64,000 nucleotides of DNA from Fidelibacterota bacterium (GTDB lineage: Bacteria; Fidelibacterota; Marinisomatia; Marinisomatales; UBA1611): the NCBI GenBank assembly GCA_028338895.1, contig JAOLAV010000002.1, forward strand, positions 3,857 to 67,856, given 5' to 3'. Under the pieces are notes generated by a model that did not search any database, was not told the origin of the DNA, and was given only the letters and a program-made list of their open reading frames with translations. Every line of letters starts with the position of its first letter. Position 1 is the stretch's first letter. Made by a program: the position numbers and the translations under genes. This document shows positions 10,686 to 20,514 of this stretch, in pieces.

Positions 10686-11480
10686 TTAAATAATACCGCG
10701 ATTTGAGGATTCGATAAAATCTATTATTTGAGTTTTAATTATAGAATCTAAAAATTCATTTTTAATTTTATTGATTGATTCTTTTCTATTCATGTCTGAT
10801 CTAAAATATATTTTATATATCTCTTTTATAACTTTTCGATCAGCAGGTGAAAAACCTCTTCTTTTTAGACCCGTACTGTTTATACCTTGAAACTTTAATG
10901 GCGTTTCGGCACCTAGGATAAAAGGAGGGACATCTTGAACAACTCTATAGCCTCCACCAATAAATGCATGTTCACCTATTTTTGTGAACTGATGTACTAA
11001 TACACCTCCACCTAATACAACCCAATCTTGTATTTCAACATGTCCTCCCAAGGTAGTAAGGTTAGACATAATGATATTATTTCCTAGAATACAATCATGT
11101 GCAACATGAGTTGATGTCATTAATAGACAATCCGATCCAATCCTTGTTTCCCCAAGCGCTGAAGTACCTCTATTAATAGTAACATATTCTCTAATTACTG
11201 TTCGATCTCCAATGACTGTTTTTGTATCCTCTCCACTAAATTTTAAGTCTTGAGGTATTTCACCTATTGAGCTTGAATGAAAAATACTGCATTTTTTCCC
11301 GACCACAGTATTTGATCGAATATTTACATGATTCCCAATCTTTGTGTTGTCACCAATATATACATTCTGATCAATAATTGAATAAGGCCCCACTTTTACA
11401 TTCGCACCTAATTCTGCTTTTGAATCAATAATTGCAGTTGGATGAATTAGTGTAGAAATTTTATCCTCTCGCCCTAGCAA
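10686..11480 (-). CDS. lpxA: Acyl-ACP:UDP-GlcNAc O-acyltransferase
   Basis: Hexapeptide repeats, IHPTAIID start region, catalytic-His context VAHDC and a C-terminal helical domain. TTG start. Confidence 0.9.
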   Translation of the reverse strand: MLGREDKISTLIHPTAIIDSKAELGANVKVGPYSIIDQNVYIGDNTKIGNHVNIRSNTVVGKKCSIFHSSSIGEIPQDLKFSGEDTKTVIGDRTVIREYVTINRGTSALGETRIGSDCLLMTSTHVAHDCILGNNIIMSNLTTLGGHVEIQDWVVLGGGVLVHQFTKIGEHAFIGGGYRVVQDVPPFILGAETPLKFQGINSTGLKRRGFSPADRKVIKEIYKIYFRSDMNRKESINKIKNEFLDSIIKTQIIDFIESSNRGII

Positions 11481-11925
11481 CTAGATTAGCTGCAAAAGTT
11501 GCTTCTGCAACTAGTGTTTCATCAACAAAACATTTCCCATGGAATTTGCAAAGATTTAACTTTCTTTTTACAAGCTCCATATGAACTTTTAATTGATCTC
11601 CTGGGATAATTGGCTTTCTAAACTTTGCTTTTTCAACCGTAGAAAAAAACATATTCATCGATAGAGGATCTTCAATCTGACTAAGCATTAAAAAAGATCC
11701 GGCTTGAGCCATTATCTCTAATGAAAGAACGCCTGGCATAACGGGTTGCCCTGGAAAATGTCCTTGAAAAAAAGGCTCATTAATCGTCATATTTTTTAAA
11801 GCTATTAATGACTTCCCTGGTTCAACTATATCAATTTTATCTATTAGGATAAATGGATAACGATGAGGAAGAATTTTTATAATTTCATTTATATTGAAAC
11901 TCATTTGATTAACTAGATTATTCAT
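11461..11925 (-). CDS. fabZ: 3-hydroxyacyl-ACP dehydratase
   Basis: HFPGQPVMPGVL hot-dog active-site motif. Length 154 aa. Sits between lpxC and lpxA. Confidence 0.9.
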   Translation of the reverse strand: MNNLVNQMSFNINEIIKILPHRYPFILIDKIDIVEPGKSLIALKNMTINEPFFQGHFPGQPVMPGVLSLEIMAQAGSFLMLSQIEDPLSMNMFFSTVEKAKFRKPIIPGDQLKVHMELVKRKLNLCKFHGKCFVDETLVAEATFAANLVARARG

Positions 11926-12874
11926 CTGATGTCTCTGACCATAATTCGTTTAGTTCCTTTGTATATTGCTTTTTTAATTTTTTTACAAACTCTACATTAC
12001 TCGCATGGCCAGCTCTTGCAGCGGTAACATGACCTTTAATAGGCACTCCTAAAAGTGCTAAATCTCCTATCAAGTCTAAAGTTTTATGCCTAACCGGCTC
12101 ATTTTTAAAACGTAATACTTTTCCATTTAAAATACCATTTGCGCCCTGAATAATATTGTCTTCTATTCCAAATAATTCTTTTAATCTTTCCATTTCACTC
12201 TGATCAATTTCTTTATCAATAATTACAACTGCATTATCTAAGGCACCACCTTTAATGAGACCTCTTTCTTTCAGCATTTCTACTTCACTCAAAAAGCAGA
12301 AAGTTCTAGCAGGAGCAACTTCAAAAGCAAAGTCTTCTTCCATATTATATATCGCTTCATATTGAGTCCCTAGCGCAGGTAGAGGATACTCAACCATAAA
12401 AGTAATTCTAAATCGATCAGAAGGGATAACATGTATATCTATATCTCTGTAAGGATTTGTATAATTTGTTGCTCGAGTAATCTCTAAAACTTTTCGTTTT
12501 TTAGTTTGAAGCTTAATCCCAGCCTTAATTAAACATTCAACAAAATCTTTCGCACTTCCATCCATAACTGGTGGCTCTTTACCTGTTAGCTCTATAAGAA
12601 TATTATCAATTCTTAGACCACTTACGGCAGCTAAAGCGTGCTCTACAGTATGAATCCTTACATCGTTCTCTTCGATAGTAGTCCCTCTAGAAATATCAAC
12701 AACATGGTCAATATCAGCTTTTATTTCAGTGCAACCAGGAATATCAGAACGAATAAACCTAATACCATAATTTTCAGGCGCAGGATGAAATGTTATAGTC
12801 GTCTGAACTCCAGTATGTAAACCAACACCTTCACAAGATTGAGATGTCCTTATTGTCCTCTGTTTTCTTTCCAT
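11918..12874 (-). CDS. lpxC: UDP-3-O-acyl-GlcNAc deacetylase
   Basis: TVEHALAA, HKTLDLIGDLALLG and AGHASNVEF motifs, which carry the zinc and catalytic residues. Confidence 0.9.
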   Translation of the reverse strand: MERKQRTIRTSQSCEGVGLHTGVQTTITFHPAPENYGIRFIRSDIPGCTEIKADIDHVVDISRGTTIEENDVRIHTVEHALAAVSGLRIDNILIELTGKEPPVMDGSAKDFVECLIKAGIKLQTKKRKVLEITRATNYTNPYRDIDIHVIPSDRFRITFMVEYPLPALGTQYEAIYNMEEDFAFEVAPARTFCFLSEVEMLKERGLIKGGALDNAVVIIDKEIDQSEMERLKELFGIEDNIIQGANGILNGKVLRFKNEPVRHKTLDLIGDLALLGVPIKGHVTAARAGHASNVEFVKKLKKQYTKELNELWSETSDE

Positions 12875-12880
12875 TTCTGT

Positions 12881-13894
12881 TTATTTTTCTGAAATATTAG
12901 TTTTAAATTTATTTTGATTATAGTATAGCTTTTCTATTTTATTGATAATAGCTTGCTTTTTATTATGTTCATTAATTTCCCTAGCAGGGTAACCAGCATA
13001 TATTTTATTTGCAGGTAAAGATTTTGTAACTCCTGATTTTGCAGCAAAAACAGAATTAGAACCAATTTTTAAATGACCAGCAATACCAACTTTACCTCCA
13101 AATATACAAAAATCTCCGATTGTAGTACTACCAGAAACTCCAACTTGCGCAGTAATTAAACAACTTTTCCCTATTTTAACATTATGAGCTATATGGACAA
13201 GATTATCTATTTTAGATGACTCTCCGATGACTGTACTACCAATTGTTGCGCTATCAATAGAACAATTAGAGCCAATCTCAACATTATCTTCAATTATAAC
13301 GTTACCTGTTTGTGGAATTTTATAATGATTAGTATTCTCAGTAACATATCCAAAACCATCAGAACCAATTACTGTTCCACTGTGTATAATAACGTTATTA
13401 CATATTTTAGTTTTTTCATATAAAATAACATTAGGATATAAATGACATTCAGATCCGATTAAAACATTTTCTGAAATAACTGAATTGGCTTCAATAATAG
13501 AATTATCTCCTATTTTGACATCATCCATAATAACAACACCGGCACCTATGTGTACATTATTACCGAATGAAGATTTTGAGCTAATTATCGACGATTTATG
13601 GATAGATGGCTTTTTATTTTTAATTGGATAAAAAAGCTCTAATGCCTTAGCCATTGCTAATTGAGGGTTTTTTACAATTATACCATTTTTACCATTGAGA
13701 ATTTTTTTATCTTTTACAAATATGGCTTCAGCTTTTGTTTGAGATAAATACTTTTTATATAATGGGTTGGAAAGAAAAGTTATTGTTCCTACATCACTAT
13801 CCTGAATTTCTGACACGCCTGAAATTAAACAGTTCAAATCTCCAATAACTTGACCACCTACATGATCTGATATCTCACCTATAGTGAGTTTCAA
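12881..13894 (-). CDS. lpxD: UDP-3-O-acylglucosamine N-acyltransferase
   Basis: N-terminal uridine-binding domain, long hexapeptide-repeat region with IAHNVKIG, and a C-terminal helix. TTG start 6 nt after the skp stop. Confidence 0.9.
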   Translation of the reverse strand: MKLTIGEISDHVGGQVIGDLNCLISGVSEIQDSDVGTITFLSNPLYKKYLSQTKAEAIFVKDKKILNGKNGIIVKNPQLAMAKALELFYPIKNKKPSIHKSSIISSKSSFGNNVHIGAGVVIMDDVKIGDNSIIEANSVISENVLIGSECHLYPNVILYEKTKICNNVIIHSGTVIGSDGFGYVTENTNHYKIPQTGNVIIEDNVEIGSNCSIDSATIGSTVIGESSKIDNLVHIAHNVKIGKSCLITAQVGVSGSTTIGDFCIFGGKVGIAGHLKIGSNSVFAAKSGVTKSLPANKIYAGYPAREINEHNKKQAIINKIEKLYYNQNKFKTNISEK

Positions 13895-13900
13895 CTTTAA

Positions 13901-14428
13901 CTACTTACCGGAATCTAATTTTCTTAACTCATGTAGAACATCATCTGTCATATCAAACTTTGGCTTAAAATAGAGTAAACCCACCGATGCGTCTATTATA
14001 TAGTCAAAGCCACCATCAATCGCAACCTTGTCTACAGCCTCTTTGACTTTACCTAAAATTTCATATTCCATCTGAGCCTGCTTTCGCATTAGTTCGCCTT
14101 GCGGTCCAACTTTTTCCGCTTGGTAGCTTTGAATAGATCTTTCCATCTGGGCAAGCTCTTGCTTTATACTTTCGCCTTTATCAAGCGCCATCAATCTCTT
14201 CACTTCATAATCTTGCTTCAAGCTGTCCATTTTTAAAACCATTTGATCAAATTCTAATTGAACTTTTCGGTACTCAAGCTGTAATTGAGATTCGGCTTCT
14301 TTGAATTCTTCGAATTCTGTGCGAATTCTCTCAGACAAGATATATCCAATTTTAAGCTCTGCTGCTGAAATATTAGCCACACCAAAGTAGGTTATAAAAA
14401 AAATAAATATGCGCAATAAACTCTTCAT
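13901..14428 (-). CDS. skp: Periplasmic chaperone Skp/OmpH
   Basis: Signal peptide plus coiled-coil-rich 175 aa. Canonical position between bamA and lpxD. AGGAG SD upstream. Confidence 0.8.
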   Translation of the reverse strand: MKSLLRIFIFFITYFGVANISAAELKIGYILSERIRTEFEEFKEAESQLQLEYRKVQLEFDQMVLKMDSLKQDYEVKRLMALDKGESIKQELAQMERSIQSYQAEKVGPQGELMRKQAQMEYEILGKVKEAVDKVAIDGGFDYIIDASVGLLYFKPKFDMTDDVLHELRKLDSGK

Positions 14429-14444
14429 ATTAGACTCCTATTAA

Positions 14445-16868
14445 TTAAAATTGTTGACCAAATGTTAATGTCGTTTTCCATTTTGGATCAAGTTGCCCAT
14501 ATGAATCAACTCGATCAAATCCATATCCAATATCGAATCCAAGCTTACCTATCATTGGCATAAAAAATCTTACACCTGCTCCAAGAGATCGTTTTAAATC
14601 AAAGGGACCTCTTCTAGGTAGATTAAGTCTTTCCATTAAATCAGTTGAAGACCAAACATTTCCCATCTCAGCAAATACAATGCCATAAATTACAGGGTTT
14701 TCTGCGAAGGGCACTCGAAATTCTGTTCCAATTTTAACCATTGTATTTCCACCAATTGGATTAAGGCTTGATGTCAGCGGGCCAACTCTATTATCATCAT
14801 ATCCTCTTAAAGGATTTCCATAAGGGATACCATTCCCCCCCATAATAAAACGATCATTATACGGTATGAAAGAAATCCCACCGTCTTTAGAGGATAATTC
14901 TTTAATAACTCCAATTTTAAAAGAATTTGTTAAAACAAATTTCCAAAATGTGGGTGTATACCATTCCAAATTTAAAGTATGCTTATGAAAATTTTCTTGC
15001 CCCCCTAATAATCCTCCAGACAATGTTGAATTAATAGAAAAATGAGAACCTATTGTCGGGAATTCGGGATGATCTCGACTATCCCTTCTTATAATTTGAT
15101 TTAGCGAGATACCATCTGATTGTTGCATTCCACCAGCATATCGATCTAAATCTTCTTGAGTACCTTCATTTATTCTTCTAGCCATTTGAATAGACCAAGT
15201 GCCTCTAAAATAATCATCCGGCCATTTAAAAATACGACCCCACATAATACTACCACCAGCTAGAGTTGTTAAAAGAGGAGAATAGTATGTCGTTGAGCCA
15301 CCACCTTGTAGTCTGTAAAATATAGATCCCCCTAACAGATTTTTAGTATCGTTAACCATGGGATCAGTAAAACTAATACTTGCTGTTCTATATTTAGGTT
15401 GGCTCGAATTAAGGTTTTGATAATTATAATTATTTTGACCACCAACATTTGTTCCAACATTAAAACTAAAACTAAAGCTCTGTCCTTTTCCTCTAAAATT
15501 TGGTAGTGCAAGGCCACCGCCACCAGTCATTCCTAAAGATTGGGTATAGCCCATATTTGCACTAGCTTGACCCGCTGGTTTTTCTTCAACCGTAAATTGA
15601 ATATCTACTTTATCTTCCGATACTGGAACTATGTTCGGAGCAGCATTAGCAAAAAAGTTTAACATCATAACTTCTCTATAACTTCGAGCAATTCTTTCTT
15701 GACTATAAACATCTCCAGGAAAAACTCTTAATTGCCTTCTAATAACATTTTCACGTGTGCGAGTATTTCCTTGAATATCAATATGATTAATGTAAACCTT
15801 ATGGTTCTCAGTTATAACAAAGTGTATATCTAGTGAATCCTCTCCAATAGGAGTGACTTGAGGTTCAATCCGACTGTATATATACCCTCTATCTAAGTAT
15901 AGACCCTGTACTCTTGAAAAAACAGCCATATTAAAAGCTTCTTCACTATAGATATCTCCTTTTTCTAATGATAATGCTCGAGTTAATTTACTTTGATCAA
16001 ATAAAGACATTCCCTCCCATGAAAAATTTCTATAGTTGTAGGAAGGCCCTTCTTCTATTTTTAGAAGTAAATTAATTTTTTTGTTATTTTTTGAATACTC
16101 TAGCGAGTCACTTAATATTTGAAAGTCACGGTATCCTTTATTTCTATAAAAAGTTGAAATCAGTGCTAAATCTTCTTCAAATTTCTTTTTATCGAATGTC
16201 GATCTCCAAAAAAAGTACCATGGCTGTTGTTTTGTCTCTTTTAATTTCCAACGCAATCTAAAATCGGAAAATGCTTGATTACCTTCAAAAAGAATTTTAC
16301 CAATTTTAGTTTTATTGTTTTCTTTTATTGTGTAAACAATATTCCTTGCAAGCTCTTTTCCTTTTCCACCGAAAAGTGTGAATTTTTCAGTTGGCACCTC
16401 TAGTATTGATTCTATTGTAACATTTAAATAACCTTTTTCGGCATAAAGCTTTTTTATTTGTTCAGTGGCCTGGCTAAGTGTATTTGGCTTAATTCGTTGA
16501 CCTTCTGAAAAGGACAATTCTTCATTTATTTTAGAATCTTTTAATTTTTTGTTACCTTTATATTTTATTTTATTTAAAATAAAGTTTTCAAGTACAACAA
16601 TTGTAATCGAGACACCATCTTTAGACTCTTCGTTATATTCTATCTGTATATCTTGAAAAAGACCTAATTTCCAAAGACGTTTTATAGCTCGAGGAAAATC
16701 AACAGGAGATATAGCCTGCCCCTCCTTAAGCCCAGCCGTAAATAATATAGTATTATTAGAAGTAATAATATTTCCTTTAATAGAAACTTTAGAGAGCTGA
16801 ATACTCTCTTCTTTACCCTGCGAAAAGATTAAGGAAATAGATACAAAAAAAATCCAAAAAAAGTTCAA
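14445..16868 (-). CDS. bamA: Outer membrane protein assembly factor BamA
   Basis: 807 aa with a signal peptide and POTRA-like N-terminal repeats. The C-terminal barrel ends in ...TLTFGQQF. Lies downstream of uppS. Confidence 0.9.
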   Translation of the reverse strand: MNFFWIFFVSISLIFSQGKEESIQLSKVSIKGNIITSNNTILFTAGLKEGQAISPVDFPRAIKRLWKLGLFQDIQIEYNEESKDGVSITIVVLENFILNKIKYKGNKKLKDSKINEELSFSEGQRIKPNTLSQATEQIKKLYAEKGYLNVTIESILEVPTEKFTLFGGKGKELARNIVYTIKENNKTKIGKILFEGNQAFSDFRLRWKLKETKQQPWYFFWRSTFDKKKFEEDLALISTFYRNKGYRDFQILSDSLEYSKNNKKINLLLKIEEGPSYNYRNFSWEGMSLFDQSKLTRALSLEKGDIYSEEAFNMAVFSRVQGLYLDRGYIYSRIEPQVTPIGEDSLDIHFVITENHKVYINHIDIQGNTRTRENVIRRQLRVFPGDVYSQERIARSYREVMMLNFFANAAPNIVPVSEDKVDIQFTVEEKPAGQASANMGYTQSLGMTGGGGLALPNFRGKGQSFSFSFNVGTNVGGQNNYNYQNLNSSQPKYRTASISFTDPMVNDTKNLLGGSIFYRLQGGGSTTYYSPLLTTLAGGSIMWGRIFKWPDDYFRGTWSIQMARRINEGTQEDLDRYAGGMQQSDGISLNQIIRRDSRDHPEFPTIGSHFSINSTLSGGLLGGQENFHKHTLNLEWYTPTFWKFVLTNSFKIGVIKELSSKDGGISFIPYNDRFIMGGNGIPYGNPLRGYDDNRVGPLTSSLNPIGGNTMVKIGTEFRVPFAENPVIYGIVFAEMGNVWSSTDLMERLNLPRRGPFDLKRSLGAGVRFFMPMIGKLGFDIGYGFDRVDSYGQLDPKWKTTLTFGQQF

Positions 16869-17620
16869 GAAAGGCCTCCTAGTTGGTCACTCACCTTACC
16901 AAACCTTCTTTCTCTAGATTGATAATCTTTTACCGCTTTCATTAATTCTTTTTCACGAAATTCAGGCCAAAAGGTATCCGTCATATAAATTTCAGTATAA
17001 GCACTTTGCCATAGTAAAAAATTACTTAAACGACTCTCACCACTCGTTCTAATCATAAGATCTGGGTCTGGAATACCTTTTGTGTATAGGTAATCAGAGA
17101 ATATATTTTCATCTATTTCATCAGAGTTTAATGAACCATTTTTAACTTTTATCACTATCTTTTGTACTGCCTCTATTATTTCTTGTCGACTACCATAATT
17201 CAGAGCGAGAGAAAGGTTTAAACCTGTATTTTTAGCTGTTAAGTCTGCACCTTTCTGAAGACTGTTTTTTGTACTTACAGGCAGTTTTTCTAAGTCTCCT
17301 ATAATATCAAATTTGACATTATTCTTATGTAGACCCTTTACCTCTTTGTTTATTGTTCTTAAAAGAAGAGTCATTAGAGCGCTCACTTCTGCTGCTGGTC
17401 TTTTCCAATTTTCTATAGAAAATGTGTAAAGAGTAAGATACTGAACTCCGATTTCTCCACATACACGAGTAATTTCTCTAACAGAGTTCACTCCTTCTCG
17501 ATGACCAGCTATACGCGGGAGTGTCTTTCCTCTTGCCCACCGACCATTGCCATCCATAATAATAGCAATATGTTTAGGTACAGGTTGAACTAATATTTTT
17601 TCTTTTTGTGATTCTTGCAT
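16865..17620 (-). CDS. uppS: Undecaprenyl diphosphate synthase
   Basis: IMDGNGRWA, ENWKRP and RTSGESRLSNFLLWQ motifs. Confidence 0.95.
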   Translation of the reverse strand: MQESQKEKILVQPVPKHIAIIMDGNGRWARGKTLPRIAGHREGVNSVREITRVCGEIGVQYLTLYTFSIENWKRPAAEVSALMTLLLRTINKEVKGLHKNNVKFDIIGDLEKLPVSTKNSLQKGADLTAKNTGLNLSLALNYGSRQEIIEAVQKIVIKVKNGSLNSDEIDENIFSDYLYTKGIPDPDLMIRTSGESRLSNFLLWQSAYTEIYMTDTFWPEFREKELMKAVKDYQSRERRFGKVSDQLGGLS

Positions 17621-17747
17621 CGTTATAGAAAAGAAGAGCTAATGAAATTACTCCTTGCAATTAATGGAAACAACCAACTAACGGTTGTTATTTTAAAGGC
17701 TATTAATTAATACTCAATTTTTTAAATATTGTTCCATAAACATAGTA

Positions 17748-18863
17748 TTAATTATCCAAATCATTAATCTGTTTCAGCAATCTCTCAGCAATTTCGAAGT
17801 ATAACTTACCAGCACTAGACTTTTCACCTTCAATAGCAATTGGGTTCCCTCTATCTGAAGACAACATAATATCTTCTAAAATCGGGATTTTACCTAGTAG
17901 AGGGACATTTAGTCTATCACTTTCTTTTTGGCCTCCACCTTTTTTAAACAAATCAAGTATCATACTAAACTTGCCCGATGAATCAACATCTATTTCTTTA
18001 CCATTTAGATTAATTTTTGACACAGATTTTGTTTCGGGAATTGAGCCACTTATCATTAATCCTGACATATTTTCAACAACACCTAAAACCGGCGTATTAA
18101 CTTTACGAAACATATCCGCTCCTTTTCTTACATCTGCTAATGCCATATCTTGCGGAGTTGTAACAATAACAGCACCCGTTATCTTTAATTTTTGAGTTAG
18201 CGTCAGTTGAATATCTCCAGTTCCTGGTGGTAAATCTAGAATCATAATATCTAGCTCACCCCATTCGACATCTCTAAAAAATTGTTCTGTCATGCGCGAA
18301 ACTAAAGGGCCTCGCCAAATAACAGGTGTATCATTTCCACTTATAAAACCGAAGCTCATAACTTTCATTCCAAATTTTTCTAATGGTATCAATTTTTTAT
18401 CTTCTGTCATTTGAGGTTGTTCATGAAGGTTAAGAACTATTGGTAATGATGGACCATATATATCTAAATCGAGTAACCCTACTTTCATCCCTTTTTTTGC
18501 TAATGCACATGCGAGATTCACTGCAACCGTCGATTTTCCAACGCCTCCTTTTCCACTTGCAATTGCTATAATATTTTTAACTCCTTCTAATATTGGCTCT
18601 GGCGTTTTTGAAGAGTTTTGGGAAGGTGGAGTATCATTACTCAAAGCTACTTCTACAGTTGAAAAAGATTGCGCAAGAACCTTTTTAACATTTGAAATCA
18701 CTTCTTCTTTTTTTTCTTGATTTTGAGAAGAAATATTTAAAGTGACTACTACTCTATCGTCAACTACTTCAGCATCTTTCACCATTCCAAATGAGACTAT
18801 ATCTCTAGAAAAACCTGGATAATTAATAGATTTTAATTTTTCGATTACTTGATCTTTTTTCAT
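17748..18863 (-). CDS. mrp: Mrp/ApbC/NBP35-family P-loop ATPase with an N-terminal DUF59-like domain; atypical because it has no CXXC motif
   Basis: DUF59-like N-terminus (INYPGFSRDIVSFGMV), deviant Walker A ASGKGGVGKST, and DLPPGTGD. After ENMS the usual C-x2-C is absent, and the whole protein has a single Cys. Confidence 0.85.
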   Translation of the reverse strand: MKKDQVIEKLKSINYPGFSRDIVSFGMVKDAEVVDDRVVVTLNISSQNQEKKEEVISNVKKVLAQSFSTVEVALSNDTPPSQNSSKTPEPILEGVKNIIAIASGKGGVGKSTVAVNLACALAKKGMKVGLLDLDIYGPSLPIVLNLHEQPQMTEDKKLIPLEKFGMKVMSFGFISGNDTPVIWRGPLVSRMTEQFFRDVEWGELDIMILDLPPGTGDIQLTLTQKLKITGAVIVTTPQDMALADVRKGADMFRKVNTPVLGVVENMSGLMISGSIPETKSVSKINLNGKEIDVDSSGKFSMILDLFKKGGGQKESDRLNVPLLGKIPILEDIMLSSDRGNPIAIEGEKSSAGKLYFEIAERLLKQINDLDN

Positions 18864-18870
18864 ATTTTTT

Positions 18871-18904
18871 TTACAAAAAAAACGGCTGCTTTACAGCAGC
18901 CGTT
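18871..18904 (-). terminator. Rho-independent terminator downstream of the ferredoxin gene
   Basis: Perfect 10-bp stem AACGGCTGCT/AGCAGCCGTT (18881-18904) with a 4-nt loop. On the minus strand it is followed by a run of T (plus-strand A-run 18875-18882). Confidence 0.8.
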
Positions 18905-18929
18905 CCTAGGTTATAATGTTATTAAGTGT

Positions 18930-19235
18930 TTATCCTGGATATTCCCTTCCAAACCATTCATAATTAGTTTTTATGTATTTACTCCATTCTTCAGGAACCT
19001 CACTCTCTTCAAATATTGCTTCGACAGGGCACTCGGGCTCGCAAGCCCCACAATCTATGCACTCTTCAGGATCAATATATAAAGAGTCTTTCTCTTCTGG
19101 TACAAACCCATCTACCTTTGCTTCGGCTCCAGCACCTTCTTTATCATGCGGGCCATGAATACAATCAACTGGGCAAACCTCTACGCAGGCTGTATCACAA
19201 GTACCTACACAGGGCTCAGCAATTATATAAGTCAT
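18930..19235 (-). CDS. fdxA: Ferredoxin of the two-cluster FdxA type (7Fe-like)
   Basis: TYIIAEPCVGTCDTACVEVCPVDCI and CIDCGACEPECPVEAIF motifs. AGGAG SD 8 nt upstream. About 30 aa are inserted between the cluster motifs. Confidence 0.9.
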   Translation of the reverse strand: MTYIIAEPCVGTCDTACVEVCPVDCIHGPHDKEGAGAEAKVDGFVPEEKDSLYIDPEECIDCGACEPECPVEAIFEESEVPEEWSKYIKTNYEWFGREYPG

Positions 19236-19579
19236 AATAGTACTCCTACTTAATTATGTTTATTCTTAGTATTTATTACTCTTTAATTTAAGAGAAAAAA
19301 ATAACGGTTAAAAATCATTAAAAGGTAAATTCTAATCCAATTCATAAATACAAAAAAAAGTTAAAATAAGTTTTCATAACTAGATTCATTAATTAGTCCC
19401 TTTACATGAAATTGTAAATTAAACCACGAAATGAGTTTGCACTAGCTTACCAAAATAGACTTTATTCCAGCTTATTAAATATTTTAGGTAAAATATAATA
19501 GAAAAGGAATCGGCAGATATTCTATAATAAAATTTTGGAGTTTGAACATATTAAATAAAAGATTAAGCTTATTTCAATA

Positions 19580-19933
19580 CTATTCGGAAATATATAGTTT
19601 CCTGTTCTGAAGTTCAGTCATACTCTTTACTGCTTTTATCTCTTTAACCGCTCCCTTAATCTTATCGTCTATTTTTTTTAATATTTCATCACTAGTTGCC
19701 ATAGAATTACTTAATTGAATAAAATCTTTATTTGCAACAATAACCTTTTGTTTTGAAGTGTTAGAATCTTCGATTAAGACATCTAATTGAGATTCAATTT
19801 GGTTTATCTTTGCTTTTAAAGTACTTGATTCTTCATCGTTGTTCAGAACTCTCGAATTAATCATAAAAAGACCAATCAATACAAGAAATATATTAAATGC
19901 TAATAGAGCCGTTGTAGTATTTTCTTTTTTCAT
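19580..19933 (-). CDS. Hypothetical membrane-anchored coiled-coil protein
   Basis: 117 aa with one N-terminal TM helix followed by heptad-like charged sequence. No family recognised. Confidence 0.4.
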   Translation of the reverse strand: MKKENTTTALLAFNIFLVLIGLFMINSRVLNNDEESSTLKAKINQIESQLDVLIEDSNTSKQKVIVANKDFIQLSNSMATSDEILKKIDDKIKGAVKEIKAVKSMTELQNRKLYISE

Positions 19934-20005
19934 AGATGAATTTTGTAATTCTAGTCGTGTTTTAGAAAAGATTAATTTTTCTTTAGTTTAAGATTCCTAA
20001 AATAA

Positions 20006-20512
20006 TTAGTACATACTCATAATACCTAGAATTATTAAAATAAAATATGGGACTAGATCAGCCGCCCCTACATAATCTTTTGCAATCCGCTGTCCTAGCA
20101 ATAAAAAAATCATTGTTATTGCAAGGTAAACTAATCCATAAAAAATCCATAATGTTGTTTTCTCTGCAAAAGAAAAATATATACCATAAACTAAAATTAA
20201 GCCGCCTACTAATTCAAGAATCGTCAAAATACTAAGAAGGATTGGATACACTTTGTTGAAGATACTTTTTGAGAATTGAACTTTAAAATATTCAAGGTTA
20301 TTTCGTCTATTGAGGACTTTATCTAAACCCGATTGGATGAAAACTATTGAAATGAAAATAGCTATTAAAATTTGGCATAGAACCAGTGGATCTTTAAATG
20401 ACATGCCGAGAAGACTAATCCGATCACCATACCGCTCGGCTACAGATTGTGCACATATAATTGTTAAAGAAGATAAAAATAAGATAATAAGCTTTAAAAT
20501 AGTTCTCTTCAT
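20006..20512 (-). CDS. Small polytopic membrane protein, possibly DoxX-like
   Basis: 168 aa with about 4 TM helices. Weak resemblance to DoxX-family proteins. Starts 2 nt after the plsC stop. Confidence 0.4.
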   Translation of the reverse strand: MKRTILKLIILFLSSLTIICAQSVAERYGDRISLLGMSFKDPLVLCQILIAIFISIVFIQSGLDKVLNRRNNLEYFKVQFSKSIFNKVYPILLSILTILELVGGLILVYGIYFSFAEKTTLWIFYGLVYLAITMIFLLLGQRIAKDYVGAADLVPYFILIILGIMSMY

Positions 20513-20514
20513 AG

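Noticed and set aside
17671-17687. Hairpin CAACC-AACTAAC-GGTTG in the mrp-uppS spacer, a possible terminator.
   Set aside because: The stem is only 5 bp and the minus-strand downstream sequence (TTTCCATT) is a poor U-tract. That is not enough to call a terminator.
18849-19237. Three plus-strand ORFs (77, 61 and 73 aa) and a locally GC-richer patch overlapping the ferredoxin gene, which could suggest antisense genes or a horizontally acquired island.
   Set aside because: The GC rise is explained by the Cys/Pro/Gly/Ala-rich ferredoxin coding sequence, which removes AT-rich stop codons on the opposite strand. The antisense translations are low-complexity with no recognisable motifs. The ferredoxin frame has clear motifs, an SD and a terminator.
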